From Auanema rhodensis (lineage: Eukaryota; Animalia; Nematoda), in assembly GCA_964057225.1 (NCBI GenBank), contig OZ059898.1:6696001-6760000 (forward strand): a stretch of 64,000 bases of DNA, in the 5' to 3' direction. The translations under genes and the position numbers were made by a program. A model generated the notes under the pieces. It saw nothing but the letters and a program-made list of their open reading frames with translations. It made no database searches and had not been told where the DNA came from. Shown here piece by piece: positions 25,142 to 40,400 of the stretch (positions are counted from its first letter, which is position 1; each line of letters starts with the position of its first letter).

Positions 25142-25435
25142 GACTTACAGTCATTTTAACTATTTTTCACGCTTTTTATAGCATTTTCTCTATCAAAACT
25201 GTTTATTTTTTAACATCGGCAGCTTCTAATTTTTTTCACATATGTTTTATAAACAAAATGATTTATTTCAAATAATTTTAAGTTGACTTGTTTGTTTATT
25301 TTATAAATTTTATTTGATTTTCAAAAAATATTTAGTTTATAGTTTATATAATATAATTTTTCATAATAATAGTCTATCAATCTTTTCGGCATAATATTAT
25401 AATGAAATATACAGTTCTTGTTCCGTATCTATGGA

Positions 25436-28400
25436 CTCGGTATAAACCATTTTTACAGAAAATAGAAAGCTCCATGGCAAATTTTATCAAAACAATCAGA
25501 TTCTACAGTCTTTTTTACCCAAGTTGTGTATATTCTTAATTTAATAAATTCTATGATTGAGGAGAAAAAGGAAGAATCACCGGTCCCATCGTGTACACAG
25601 CCTGAACTTTTTTGTGAACATTCTTGTGGATGAGCTCGGTATAAACCATTTTTACAGAAAATAGAAAGCTCCATGGCAAATTTTATCAAAACAATCAGAT
25701 TCTACAGTCTTTTTTACCCAAGTTGTGTATATTCTTAATTTAATAAATTCTATGATTGAGGAGAAAAAGGAAGAATCACCGGTCCCATCGTGTACACAGC
25801 CTGAACTTTTTTGTGAACATTCTTGTGGATGAGCTCGGTATAAACCATTTTTACTGAAAATAGAAAGCTCCATGGCAAATTTTATTAAAACATTCAGATT
25901 CTACAGTCTTTTTTACCCAAGTTGTGTATATTCTTAATTTAATAAATTCTATGATTGAGGAGAAAAAGGAAGAATCACCGGTCCCATCGTGTACACAGCC
26001 TGAACTTTTTTGTGAACATTCTTGTGGATGGGCTCGGTATAAACCATTTTTACAGAAAATAGAAAGCTCCATGGCAAATTTTATCAAAACAATCAGATTC
26101 TACAGTCTTTTTTACCCAAGTTGTGTATATTCTTAATTTAATAAATTCTATGATTGAGGAGAAAAAGGAAGAATCACCGGTCCCATCGTGTACACAGCCT
26201 GAACTTTTTTGTGAACATTCTTGTGGATGAGCTCGGTATAAACCATTTTTACTGAAAATAGAAAGCTCCATGGCAAATTTTATTAAAACATTCAGATTCT
26301 ACAGTCTTTTTTACCCAAGTTGTGTATATTCTTAATTTAATAAATTCTATGATTGAGGAGAAAAAGGAAGAATCACCGGTCCCATCGTGTACACAGCCTG
26401 AACTTTTTTGTGAACATTCTTGTGGATGGGCTCGGTATAAACCATTTTTACAGAAAATAGAAAGCTCCATGGCAAATTTTATCAAAACAATCAGATTCTA
26501 CAGTCTTTTTTACCCAAGTTGTGTATATTCTTAATTTAATAAATTCTATGATTGAGGAGAAAAAGGAAGAATCACCGGTCCCATCGTGTACACAGCCTGA
26601 ACTTTTTTGTGAACATTCTTGTGGATGGGCTCGGTATAAACCATTTTTACAGAAAATAGAAAGCTCCATGGCAAATTTTATCAAAACAATCAGATTCTAC
26701 AGTCTTTTTTACCCAAGTTGTGTATATTCTTAATTTAATAAATTCTATGATTGAGGAGAAAAAGGAAGAATCACCGGTCCCATCGTGTACACAGCCTGAA
26801 CTTTTTTGTGAACATTCTTGTGGATGGGCTCGGTATAAACCATTTTTACAGAAAATAGAAAGCTCCATGGCAAATTTTATCAAAACAATCAGATTCTACA
26901 GTCTTTTTTACCCAAGTTGTGTATATTCTTAATTTAATAAATTCTATGATTGAGGAGAAAAAGGAAGAATCACCGGTCCCATCGTGTACACAGCCTGAAC
27001 TTTTTTGTGAACATTCTTGTGGATGGGCTCGGTATAAACCATTTTTACAGAAAATAGAAAGCTCCATGGCAAATTTTATCAAAACAATCAGATTCTACAG
27101 TCTTTTTTACCCAAGTTGTGTATATTCTTAATTTAATAAATTCTATGATTGAGGAGAAAAAGGAAGAATCACCGGTCCCATCGTGTACACAGCCTGAACT
27201 TTTTTGTGAACATTCTTGTGGATGGGCTCGGTATAAACCATTTTTACAGAAAATAGAAAGCTCCATGGCAAATTTTATTAAAACATTCAGATTCTACAGT
27301 CTTTTTTACCCAAGTTGTGTATATTCTTAATTTAATAAATTCTATGATTGAGGAGAAAAAGGAAGAATCACCGGTCCCATCGTGTACACAGCCTGAACTT
27401 TTTTGTGAACATTCTTGTGGATGAGCTCGGTATAAACCATTTTTACAGAAAATAGAAAGCTCCATGGCAAATTTTATCAAAACAATCAGATTCTACAGTC
27501 TTTTTTACCCAAGTTGTGTATATTCTTAACTTAATAAATTCTATGATTGAGGAGAAAAAGGAAGAATCACCGGTCCCATCGTGTACACAGCCTGAACTTT
27601 TTTGTGAACATTCTTGTGGATGAGCTCGGTATAAACCATTTTTACAGAAAATAGAAAGCTCCATGGCAAATTTTATCAAAACAATCAGATTCTACAGTCT
27701 TTTTTACCCAAGTTGTGTATATTCTTAATTTAATAAATTCTATGATTGAGGAGAAAAAGGAAGAATCACCGGTCCCATCGTGTACACAGCCTGAACTTTT
27801 TTGTGAACATTCTTGTGGATGGGCTCGGTATAAACCATTTTTACAGAAAATAGAAAGCTCCATGGCAAATTTTATTAAAACATTCAGATTCTACAGTCTT
27901 TTTTACCCAAGTTGTGTATATTCTTAATTTAATAAATTCTATGATTGAGGAGAAAAAGGAAGAATCACCGGTCCCATCGTGTACACAGCCTGAACTTTTT
28001 TGTGAACATTCTTGTGGATGAGCTCGGTATAAACCATTTTTACAGAAAATAGAAAGCTCCATGGCAAATTTTATCAAAACAATCAGATTCTACAGTCTTT
28101 TTTACCCAAGTTGTGTATATTCTTAATTTAATAAATTCTATGATTGAGGAGAAAAAGGAAGAATCACCGGTCCCATCGTGTACACAGCCTGAACTTTTTT
28201 GTGAACATTCTTGTGGATGAGCTCGGTATAAACCATTTTTACAGAAAATAGAAAGCTCCATGGCAAATTTTATCAAAACAATCAGATTCTACAGTCTTTT
28301 TTACCCAAGTTGTGTATATTCTTAATTTAATAAATTCTATGATTGAGGAGAAAAAGGAAGAATCACCGGTCCCATCGTGTACACAGCCTGAACTTTTTTG

Positions 28401-31400
28401 TGAACATTCTTGTGGATGAGCTCGGTATAAACCATTTTTACAGAAAATAGAAAGCTCCATGGCAAATTTTATCAAAACAATCAGATTCTACAGTCTTTTT
28501 TACCCAAGTTGTGTATATTCTTAATTTAATAAATTCTATGATTGAGGAGAAAAAGGAAGAATCACCGGTCCCATCGTGTACACAGCCTGAACTTTTTTGT
28601 GAACATTCTTGTGGATGGGCTCGGTATAAACCATTTTTACAGAAAATAGAAAGCTCCATGGCAAATTTTATTAAAACAATCAGATTCTACAGTCTTTTTT
28701 ACTCAAGTTGTGTATATTCTTAATTTAATAAATTCTATGATTGAGGAGAAAAAGGAAGAATCACCGGTCCCATCGTGTACACAGCCTGAACTTTTTTGTG
28801 AACATTCTTGTGGATGAGCTCGGTATAAACCATTTTTACAGAAAATAGAAAGCTCCATGGCAAATTTTATTAAAACAATCAGATTCTACAGTCTTTTTTA
28901 CCCAAGTTGTGTATATTCTTAATTTAATAAATTCTATGATTGAGGAGAAAAAGGAAGAATCACCGGTCCCATCGTGTACACAGCCTGAACTTTTTTGTGA
29001 ACATTCTTGTGGATGAGCTCGGTATAAACCATTTTTACAGAAAATAGAAAGCTCCATGGCAAATTTTATCAAAACAATCAGATTCTACAGTCTTTTTTAC
29101 CCAAGTTGTGTATATTCTTAATTTAATAAATTCTATGATTGAGGAGAAAAAGGAAGAATCACCGGTCCCATCGTGTACACAGCCTGAACTTTTTTGTGAA
29201 CATTCTTGTGGATGAGCTCGGTATAAACCATTTTTACAGAAAATAGAAAGCTCCATGGCAAATTTTATCAAAACAATCAGATTCTACAGTCTTTTTTACT
29301 CAAGTTGTGTATATTCTTAATTTAATAAATTCTATGATTGAGGAGAAAAAGGAAGAATCACCGGTCCTATCGTGTACACAGCCTGAACTTTTTTGTGAAC
29401 ATTCTTGTGGATGAGCTCGGTATAAACCATTTTTACAGAAAATAGAAAGCTCCATGGCAAATTTTATTAAAACAATCAGATTCTACAGTCTTTTTTACTC
29501 AAGTTGTGTATATTCTTAATTTAATAAATTCTATGATTGAGGAGAAAAAGGAAGAATCACCGGTCCCATCGTGTACACAGCCTGAACTTTTTTGTGAACA
29601 TTCTTGTGGATGGGCTCGGTATAAACCATTTTTACAGAAAATAGAAAGCTCCATGGCAAATTTTATCAAAACAATCAGATTCTACAGTCTTTTTTACTCA
29701 AGTTGTGTATATTCTTAATTTAATAAATTCTATGATTGAGGAGAAAAAGGAAGAATCACCGGTCCTATCGTGTACACAGCCTGAACTTTTTTGTGAACAT
29801 TCTTGTGGATGGGCTCGGTATAAACCATTTTTACAGAAAATAGAAAGCTCCATGGCAAATTTTATCAAAACAATCAGATTCTACAGTCTTTTTTACTCAA
29901 GTTGTGTATATTCTTAATTTAATAAATTCTATGATTGAGGAGAAAAAGGAAGAATCACCGGTCCTATCGTGTACACAGCCTGAACTTTTTTGTGAACATT
30001 CTTGTGGATGGGCTCGGTATAAACCATTTTTACAGAAAATAGAAAGCTCCATGGCAAATTTTATCAAAACAATCAGATTCTACAGTCTTTTTTACTCAAG
30101 TTGTGTATATTCTTAATTTAATAAATTCTATGATTGAGGAGAAAAAGGAAGAATCACCGGTCCCATCGTGTACACAGCCTGAACTTTTTTGTGAACATTC
30201 TTGTGGATGGGCTCGGTATAAACCATTTTTACAGAAAATAGAAAGCTCCATGGCAAATTTTATTAAAACAATCAGATTCTACAGTCTTTTTTACTCAAGT
30301 TGTGTATATTCTTAATTTAATAAATTCTATGATTGAGGAGAAAAAGGAAGAATCACCGGTCCTATCGTGTACACAGCCTGAACTTTTTTGTGAACATTCT
30401 TGTGGATGAGCTCGGTATAAACCATTTTTACAGAAAATAGAAAGCTCCATGGCAAATTTTATCAAAACAATCAGATTCTACAGTCTTTTTTACCCAAGTT
30501 GTGTATATTCTTAATTTAATAAATTCTATGATTGAGGAGAAAAAGGAAGAATCACCGGTCCCATCGTGTACACAGCCTGAACTTTTTTGTGAACATTCTT
30601 GTGGATGAGCTCGGTATAAACCATTTTTACAGAAAATAGAAAGCTCCATGGCAAATTTTATTAAAACAATCAGATTCTACAGTCTTTTTTACCCAAGTTG
30701 TGTATATTCTTAATTTAATAAATTCTATGATTGAGGAGAAAAAGGAAGAATCACCGGTCCCATCGTGTACACAGCCTGAACTTTTTTGTGAACATTCTTG
30801 TGGATGAGCTCGGTATAAACCATTTTTACAGAAAATAGAAAGCTCCATGGCAAATTTTATCAAAACAATCAGATTCTACAGTCTTTTTTACCCAAGTTGT
30901 GTATATTCTTAATTTAATAAATTCTATGATTGAGGAGAAAAAGGAAGAATCACCGGTCCCATCGTGTACACAGCCTGAACTTTTTTGTGAACATTCTTGT
31001 GGATGAGCTCGGTATAAACCATTTTTACAGAAAATAGAAAGCTCCATGGCAAATTTTATCAAAACAATCAGATTCTACAGTCTTTTTTACCCAAGTTGTG
31101 TATATTCTTAATTTAATAAATTCTATGATTGAGGAGAAAAAGGAAGAATCACCGGTCCCATCGTGTACACAGCCTGAACTTTTTTGTGAACATTCTTGTG
31201 GATGAGCTCGGTATAAACCATTTTTACAGAAAATAGAAAGCTCCATGGCAAATTTTATCAAAACAATCAGATTCTACAGTCTTTTTTACCCAAGTTGTGT
31301 ATATTCTTAATTTAATAAATTCTATGATTGAGGAGAAAAAGGAAGAATCACCGGTCCCATCGTGTACACAGCCTGAACTTTTTTGTGAACATTCTTGTGG

Positions 31401-34400
31401 ATGAGCTCGGTATAAACCATTTTTACAGAAAATAGAAAGCTCCATGGCAAATTTTATCAAAACAATCAGATTCTACAGTCTTTTTTACCCAAGTTGTGTA
31501 TATTCTTAATTTAATAAATTCTATGATTGAGGAGAAAAAGGAAGAATCACCGGTCCCATCGTGTACACAGCCTGAACTTTTTTGTGAACATTCTTGTGGA
31601 TGAGCTCGGTATAAACCATTTTTACAGAAAATAGAAAGCTCCATGGCAAATTTTATCAAAACAATCAGATTCTACAGTCTTTTTCACCCAAGTTGTGTAT
31701 ATTCTTAATTTAATAAATTCTATGCTTGAGGAGAAAAAGGAAGAATCACCGGTCCCATCGTGTACACAGCCTGAACTTTTTTGTGAACATTCTTGTGGAT
31801 GGGCTCGGTATAAACCATTTTTACAGAAAATAGAAAGCTCCATGGCAAATTTTATTAAAACATTCAGATTCTACAGTCTTTTTTACCCAAGTTGTGTATA
31901 TTCTTAATTTAATAAATTCTATGATTGAGGAGAAAAAGGAAGAATCACCGGTCCCATCGTGTACACAGCCTGAACTTTTTTGTGAACATTCTTGTGGATG
32001 GGCTCGGTATAAACCATTTTTACAGAAAATAGAAAGCTCCATGGCAAATTTTATTAAAACATTCAGATTCTACAGTCTTTTTTACCCAAGTTGTGTATAT
32101 TCTTAATTTAATAAATTCTATGCTTGAGGAGAAAAAGGAAGAATCACCGGTCCCATCGTGTACACAGCCTGAACTTTTTTGTGAACATTCTTGTGGATGG
32201 GCTCGGTATAAACCATTTTTACAGAAAATAGAAAGCTCCATGGCAAATTTTATTAAAACATTCAGATTCTACAGTCTTTTTTACCCAAGTTGTGTATATT
32301 CTTAATTTAATAAATTCTATGATTGAGGAGAAAAAGGAAGAATCACCGGTCCCATCGTGTACACAGCCTGAACTTTTTTGTGAACATTCTTGTGGATGGG
32401 CTCGGTATAAACCATTTTTACAGAAAATAGAAAGCTCCATGGCAAATTTTATCAAAACAATCAGATTCTACAGTCTTTTTTACCCAAGTTGTGTATATTC
32501 TTAATTTAATAAATTCTATGATTGAGGAGAAAAAGGAAGAATCACCGGTCCCATCGTGTACACAGCCTGAACTTTTTTGTGAACATTCTTGTGGATGGGC
32601 TCGGTATAAACCATTTTTACAGAAAATAGAAAGCTCCATGGCAAATTTTATCAAAACAATCAGATTCTACAGTCTTTTTTACCCAAGTTGTGTATATTCT
32701 TAATTTAATAAATTCTATGATTGAGGAGAAAAAGGAAGAATCACCGGTCCCATCGTGTACACAGCCTGAACTTTTTTGTGAACATTCTTGTGGATGAGCT
32801 CGGTATAAACCATTTTTACAGAAAATAGAAAGCTCCATGGCAAATTTTATCAAAACAATCAGATTCTACAGTCTTTTTTACCCAAGTTGTGTATATTCTT
32901 AATTTAATAAATTCTATGCTTGAGGAGAAAAAGGAAGAATCACCGGTCCCATCGTGTACACAGCCTGAACTTTTTTGTGAACATTCTTGTGGATGAGCTC
33001 GGTATAAACCATTTTTACAGAAAATAGAAAGCTCCATGGCAAATTTTATTAAAACAATCAGATTCTACAGTCTTTCTTACCCAAGTTGTGTATATTCTTA
33101 ATTTAATAAATTCTATGATTGAGGAGAAAAAGGAAGAATCACCGGTCCCATCGTGTACACAGCCTGAACTTTTTTGTGAACATTCTTGTGGATGAGCTCG
33201 GTATAAACCATTTTTATAGAAAATAGAAAGCTCCATGGCAAATTTTATTAAAACAATCAGTTTCTACAGTCTTTCTTACCCAAGTTGTGTATATTCTTAA
33301 TTTAATAAATTCTATGATTGAGGAGAAAAAGGAAGAATCACCGGTCCCATCGTGTACACAGCCTGAACTTTTTTGTGAACATTCTTGTGGATGAGCTCGG
33401 TATAAACCATTTTTATAGAAAATAGAAAGCTTCATGGCAAATTTTATTAAAACAATCAGATTCTACAGTCTTTTTTACCCAAGTTGTGTATATTCTTAAT
33501 TTAATAAATTCTATGCTTGAGGAGAAAAAGGAAGAATCACCGGTCCCATCGTGTACACAGCCTGAACTTTTTTGTGAACATTCTTGTGGATGAGCTCGGT
33601 ATAAACCATTTTTATAGAAAATAGAAAGCTTCATGGCAAATTTTATTAAAACAATCAGATTCTACAGTCTTTTTTACCCAAGTTGTGTATATTCTTAATT
33701 TAATAAATTCTATGCTTGAGGAGAAAAAGGAAGAATCACCGGTCCCATCGTGTACACAGCCTGAACTTTTTTGTGAACATTCTTGTGGATGAGCTCGGTA
33801 TAAACCATTTTTATAGAAAATAGAAAGCTTCATGGCAAATTTTATTAAAACAATCAGATTCTACAGTCTTTTTTACCCAAGTTGTGTATATTCTTAATTT
33901 AATAAATTCTATGCTTGAGGAGAAAAAGGAAGAATCACCGGTCCCATCGTGTACACAGCCTGAACTTTTTTGTGAACATTCTTGTGGATGAGCTCGGTAT
34001 AAACCATTTTTACAGAAAATAGAAAGCTTCATGGCAAATTTTATTAAAACAATCAGTTTCTACAGTCTTTTTTACCCAAGTTGTGTATATTCTTAATTTA
34101 ATAAATTCTATGCTTGAGGAGAAAAAGGAAGAATCACCGGTCCCATCGTGTACACAGCCTGAACTTTTTTGTGAACATTCTTGTGGATGAGCTCGGTATA
34201 AACCATTTTTACAGAAAATAGAAAGCTCCATGGCAAATTTTATTAAAACAATCAGATTCTACAGTCTTTTTTACCCAAGTTGTGTATATTCTTAATTTAA
34301 TAAATTCTATGCTTGAGGAGAAAAAGGAAGAATCACCGGTCCCATCGTGTACACAGCCTGAACTTTTTTGTGAACATTCTTGTGGATGAGCTCGGTATAA

Positions 34401-37400
34401 ACCATTTTTACAGAAAATAGAAAGCTCCATGGCAAATTTTATTAAAACAATCAGTTTCTACAGTCTTTTTTACCCAAGTTGTGTATATTCTTAATTTAAT
34501 AAATTCTATGATTGAGGAGAAAAAGGAAGAATCACCGGTCCCATCGTGTACACAGCCTGAACTTTTTTGTGAACATTCTTGTGGATGAGCTCGGTATAAA
34601 CCATTTTTACAGAAAATAGAAAGCTCCATGGCAAATTTTATCAAAACAATCAGATTCTACAGTCTTTTTTACCCAAGTTGTGTATATTCTTAATTTAATA
34701 AATTCTATGATTGAGGAGAAAAAGGAAGAATCACCGGTCCCATCGTGTACACAGCCTGAACTTTTTTGTGAACATTCTTGTGGATGAGCTCGGTATAAAC
34801 CATTTTTACAGAAAATAGAAAGCTCCATGGCAAATTTTATTAAAACAATCAGATTCTACAGTCTTTTTTACCCAAGTTGTGTATATTCTTAATTTAATAA
34901 ATTCTATGCTTGAGGAGAAAAAGGAAGAATCACCGGTCCCATCGTGTACACAGCCTGAACTTTTTTGTGAACATTCTTGTGGATGAGCTCGGTATAAACC
35001 ATTTTTACAGAAAATAGAAAGCTCCATGGCAAATTTTATTAAAACAATCAGTTTCTACAGTCTTTTTTACCCAAGTTGTGTATATTCTTAATTTAATAAA
35101 TTCTATGATTGAGGAGAAAAAGGAAGAATCACCGGTCCCATCGTGTACACAGCCTGAACTTTTTTGTGAACATTCTTGTGGATGAGCTCGGTATAAACCA
35201 TTTTTACAGAAAATAGAAAGCTCCATGGCAAATTTTATCAAAACAATCAGATTCTACAGTCTTTTTTACCCAAGTTGTGTATATTCTTAATTTAATAAAT
35301 TCTATGATTGAGGAGAAAAAGGAAGAATCACCGGTCCCATCGTGTACACAGCCTGAACTTTTTTGTGAACATTCTTGTGGATGAGCTCGGTATAAACCAT
35401 TTTTACAGAAAATAGAAAGCTCCATGGCAAATTTTATTAAAACAATCAGATTCTACAGTCTTTTTTACCCAAGTTGTGTATATTCTTAATTTAATAAATT
35501 CTATGATTGAGGAGAAAAAGGAAGAATCACCGGTCCCATCGTGTACACAGCCTGAACTTTTTTGTGAACATTCTTGTGGATGAGCTCGGTATAAACCATT
35601 TTTACAGAAAATAGAAAGCTCCATGGCAAATTTTATTAAAACAATCAGATTCTACAGTCTTTTTTACCCAAGTTGTGTATATTCTTAATTTAATAAATTC
35701 TATGCTTGAGGAGAAAAAGGAAGAATCACCGGTCCCATCGTGTACACAGCCTGAACTTTTTTGTGAACATTCTTGTGGATGAGCTCGGTATAAACCATTT
35801 TTACAGAAAATAGAAAGCTCCATGGCAAATTTTATTAAAACAATCAGTTTCTACAGTCTTTTTTACCCAAGTTGTGTATATTCTTAATTTAATAAATTCT
35901 ATGATTGAGGAGAAAAAGGAAGAATCACCGGTCCCATCGTGTACACAGCCTGAACTTTTTTGTGAACATTCTTGTGGATGAGCTCGGTATAAACCATTTT
36001 TACAGAAAATAGAAAGCTCCATGGCAAATTTTATCAAAACAATCAGATTCTACAGTCTTTTTTACCCAAGTTGTGTATATTCTTAATTTAATAAATTCTA
36101 TGATTGAGGAGAAAAAGGAAGAATCACCGGTCCCATCGTGTACACAGCCTGAACTTTTTTGTGAACATTCTTGTGGATGAGCTCGGTATAAACCATTTTT
36201 ACAGAAAATAGAAAGCTCCATGGCAAATTTTATTAAAACAATCAGATTCTACAGTCTTTTTTACCCAAGTTGTGTATATTCTTAATTTAATAAATTCTAT
36301 GATTGAGGAGAAAAAGGAAGAATCACCGGTCCCATCGTGTACACAGCCTGAACTTTTTTGTGAACATTCTTGTGGATGAGCTCGGTATAAACCATTTTTA
36401 CAGAAAATAGAAAGCTCCATGGCAAATTTTATCAAAACAATCAGATTCTACAGTCTTTTTTACCCAAGTTGTGTATATTCTTAATTTAATAAATTCTATG
36501 CTTGAGGAGAAAAAGGAAGAATCACCGGTCCCATCGTGTACACAGCCTGAACTTTTTTGTGAACATTCTTGTGGATGAGCTCGGTATAAACCATTTTTAT
36601 AGAAAATAGAAAGCTTCATGGCAAATTTTATTAAAACAATCAGATTCTACAGTCTTTTTTACCCAAGTTGTGTATATTCTTAATTTAATAAATTCTATGC
36701 TTGAGGAGAAAAAGGAAGAATCACCGGTCCCATCGTGTACACAGCCTGAACTTTTTTGTGAACATTCTTGTGGATGAGCTCGGTATAAACCATTTTTATA
36801 GAAAATAGAAAGCTTCATGGCAAATTTTATTAAAACAATCAGATTCTACAGTCTTTTTTACCCAAGTTGTGTATATTCTTAATTTAATAAATTCTATGAT
36901 TGAGGAGAAAAAGGAAGAATCACCGGTCCCATCGTGTACACAGCCTGAACTTTTTTGTGAACATTCTTGTGGATGAGCTCGGTATAAACCATTTTTACAG
37001 AAAATAGAAAGCTCCATGGCAAATTTTATCAAAACAATCAGATTCTACAGTCTTTTTTACCCAAGTTGTGTATATTCTTAATTTAATAAATTCTATGATT
37101 GAGGAGAAAAAGGAAGAATCACCGGTCCCATCGTGTACACAGCCTGAACTTTTTTGTGAACATTCTTGTGGATGAGCTCGGTATAAACCATTTTTACAGA
37201 AAATAGAAAGCTCCATGGCAAATTTTATTAAAACAATCAGATTCTACAGTCTTTTTTACCCAAGTTGTGTATATTCTTAATTTAATAAATTCTATGCTTG
37301 AGGAGAAAAAGGAAGAATCACCGGTCCCATCGTGTACACAGCCTGAACTTTTTTGTGAACATTCTTGTGGATGAGCTCGGTATAAACCATTTTTATAGAA

Positions 37401-40400
37401 AATAGAAAGCTTCATGGCAAATTTTATTAAAACAATCAGATTCTACAGTCTTTTTTACCCAAGTTGTGTATATTCTTAATTTAATAAATTCTATGCTTGA
37501 GGAGAAAAAGGAAGAATCACCGGTCCCATCGTGTACACAGCCTGAACTTTTTTGTGAACATTCTTGTGGATGAGCTCGGTATAAACCATTTTTATAGAAA
37601 ATAGAAAGCTTCATGGCAAATTTTATTAAAACAATCAGATTCTACAGTCTTTTTTACCCAAGTTGTGTATATTCTTAATTTAATAAATTCTATGCTTGAG
37701 GAGAAAAAGGAAGAATCACCGGTCCCATCGTGTACACAGCCTGAACTTTTTTGTGAACATTCTTGTGGATGAGCTCGGTATAAACCATTTTTATAGAAAA
37801 TAGAAAGCTTCATGGCAAATTTTATTAAAACAATCAGATTCTACAGTCTTTTTTACCCAAGTTGTGTATATTCTTAATTTAATAAATTCTATGCTTGAGG
37901 AGAAAAAGGAAGAATCACCGGTCCCATCGTGTACACAGCCTGAACTTTTTTGTGAACATTCTTGTGGATGAGCTCGGTATAAACCATTTTTACAGAAAAT
38001 AGAAAGCTCCATGGCAAATTTTATTAAAACAATCAGTTTCTACAGTCTTTTTTACCCAAGTTGTGTATATTCTTAATTTAATAAATTCTATGCTTGAGGA
38101 GAAAAAGGAAGAATCACCGGTCCCATCGTGTACACAGCCTGAACTTTTTTGTGAACATTCTTGTGGATGAGCTCGGTATAAACCATTTTTACAGAAAATA
38201 GAAAGCTTCATGGCAAATTTTATTAAAACAATCAGATTCTACAGTCTTTTTTACCCAAGTTGTGTATATTCTTAATTTAATAAATTCTATGCTTGAGGAG
38301 AAAAAGGAAGAATCACCGGTCCCATCGTGTACACAGCCTGAACTTTTTTGTGAACATTCTTGTGGATGAGCTCGGTATAAACCATTTTTACAGAAAATAG
38401 AAAGCTCCATGGCAAATTTTATTAAAACAATCAGATTCTACAGTCTTTTTTACCCAAGTTGTGTATATTCTTAATTTAATAAATTCTATGCTTGAGGAGA
38501 AAAAGGAAGAATCACCGGTCCCATCGTGTACACAGCCTGAACTTTTTTGTGAACATTCTTGTGGATGAGCTCGGTATAAACCATTTTTACAGAAAATAGA
38601 AAGCTCCATGGCAAATTTTATCAAAACAATCAGATTCTACAGTCTTTTTTACCCAAGTTGTGTATATTCTTAATTTAATAAATTCTATGATTGAGGAGAA
38701 AAAGGAAGAATCACCGGTCCCATCGTGTACACAGCCTGAACTTTTTTGTGAACATTCTTGTGGATGAGCTCGGTATAAACCATTTTTACAGAAAATAGAA
38801 AGCTCCATGGCAAATTTTATTAAAACAATCAGATTCTACAGTCTTTTTTACCCAAGTTGTGTATATTCTTAATTTAATAAATTCTATGATTGAGGAGAAA
38901 AAGGAAGAATCACCGGTCCCATCGTGTACACAGCCTGAACTTTTTTGTGAACATTCTTGTGGATGAGCTCGGTATAAACCATTTTTACAGAAAATAGAAA
39001 GCTCCATGGCAAATTTTATCAAAACAATCAGATTCTACAGTCTTTTTTACCCAAGTTGTGTATATTCTTAATTTAATAAATTCTATGATTGAGGAGAAAA
39101 AGGAAGAATCACCGGTCCCATCGTGTACACAGCCTGAACTTTTTTGTGAACATTCTTGTGGATGAGCTCGGTATAAACCATTTTTACAGAAAATAGAAAG
39201 CTCCATGGCAAATTTTATTAAAACAATCAGATTCTACAGTCTTTTTTACCCAAGTTGTGTATATTCTTAATTTAATAAATTCTATGATTGAGGAGAAAAA
39301 GGAAGAATCACCGGTCCCATCGTGTACACAGCCTGAACTTTTTTGTGAACATTCTTGTGGATGAGCTCGGTATAAACCATTTTTACAGAAAATAGAAAGC
39401 TCCATGGCAAATTTTATCAAAACAATCAGATTCTACAGTCTTTTTTACCCAAGTTGTGTATATTCTTAATTTAATAAATTCTATGATTGAGGAGAAAAAG
39501 GAAGAATCACCGGTCCCATCGTGTACACAGCCTGAACTTTTTTGTGAACATTCTTGTGGATGAGCTCGGTATAAACCATTTTTACAGAAAATAGAAAGCT
39601 CCATGGCAAATTTTATCAAAACAATCAGATTCTACAGTCTTTTTTACCCAAGTTGTGTATATTCTTAATTTAATAAATTCTATGATTGAGGAGAAAAAGG
39701 AAGAATCACCGGTCCCATCGTGTACACAGCCTGAACTTTTTTGTGAACATTCTTGTGGATGAGCTCGGTATAAACCATTTTTACAGAAAATAGAAAGCTC
39801 CATGGCAAATTTCATCAAAACAATCAGATTCTACAGTCTTTTTTACCCAAGTTGTGTATATTCTTAATTTAATAAATTCTATGATTGAGGAGAAAAAGGA
39901 AGAATCACCGGTCCCATCGTGTACACAGCCTGAACTTTTTTGTGAACATTCTTGTGGATGAGCTCGGTATAAACCATTTTTATAGAAAATAGAAAGCTTC
40001 ATGGCAAATTTTATTAAAACAATCAGATTCTACAGTCTTTTTTACCCAAGTTGTGTATATTCTTAATTTAATAAATTCTATGCTTGAGGAGAAAAAGGAA
40101 GAATCACCGGTCCCATCGTGTACACAGCCTGAACTTTTTTGTGAACATTCTTGTGGATGAGCTCGGTATAAACCATTTTAACAGAAAATAGAAAGCTCCA
40201 TGGCAAATTTTATCAAAACAATCAGTTTCTACAGTCTTTCTTACCCAAGTTGTGTATATTCTTAATTTAATAAATTCTATGATTGAGGAGAAAAAGGAAG
40301 AATCACCGGTCCCATCGTGTACACAGCCTGAACTTTTTTGTGAACATTCTTGTGGATGAGCTCGGTATAAACCATTTTCACAGAAAATAGAAAGCTCCAT

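Noticed and set aside
25580-25660. Minus-strand peptide FCKNGLYRAHPQECSQK..CVHDG resembles the start of a chitin-binding peritrophin-A domain
   Set aside because: The remaining Cys and aromatic positions are missing and there is no signal peptide or gene structure; probably chance.
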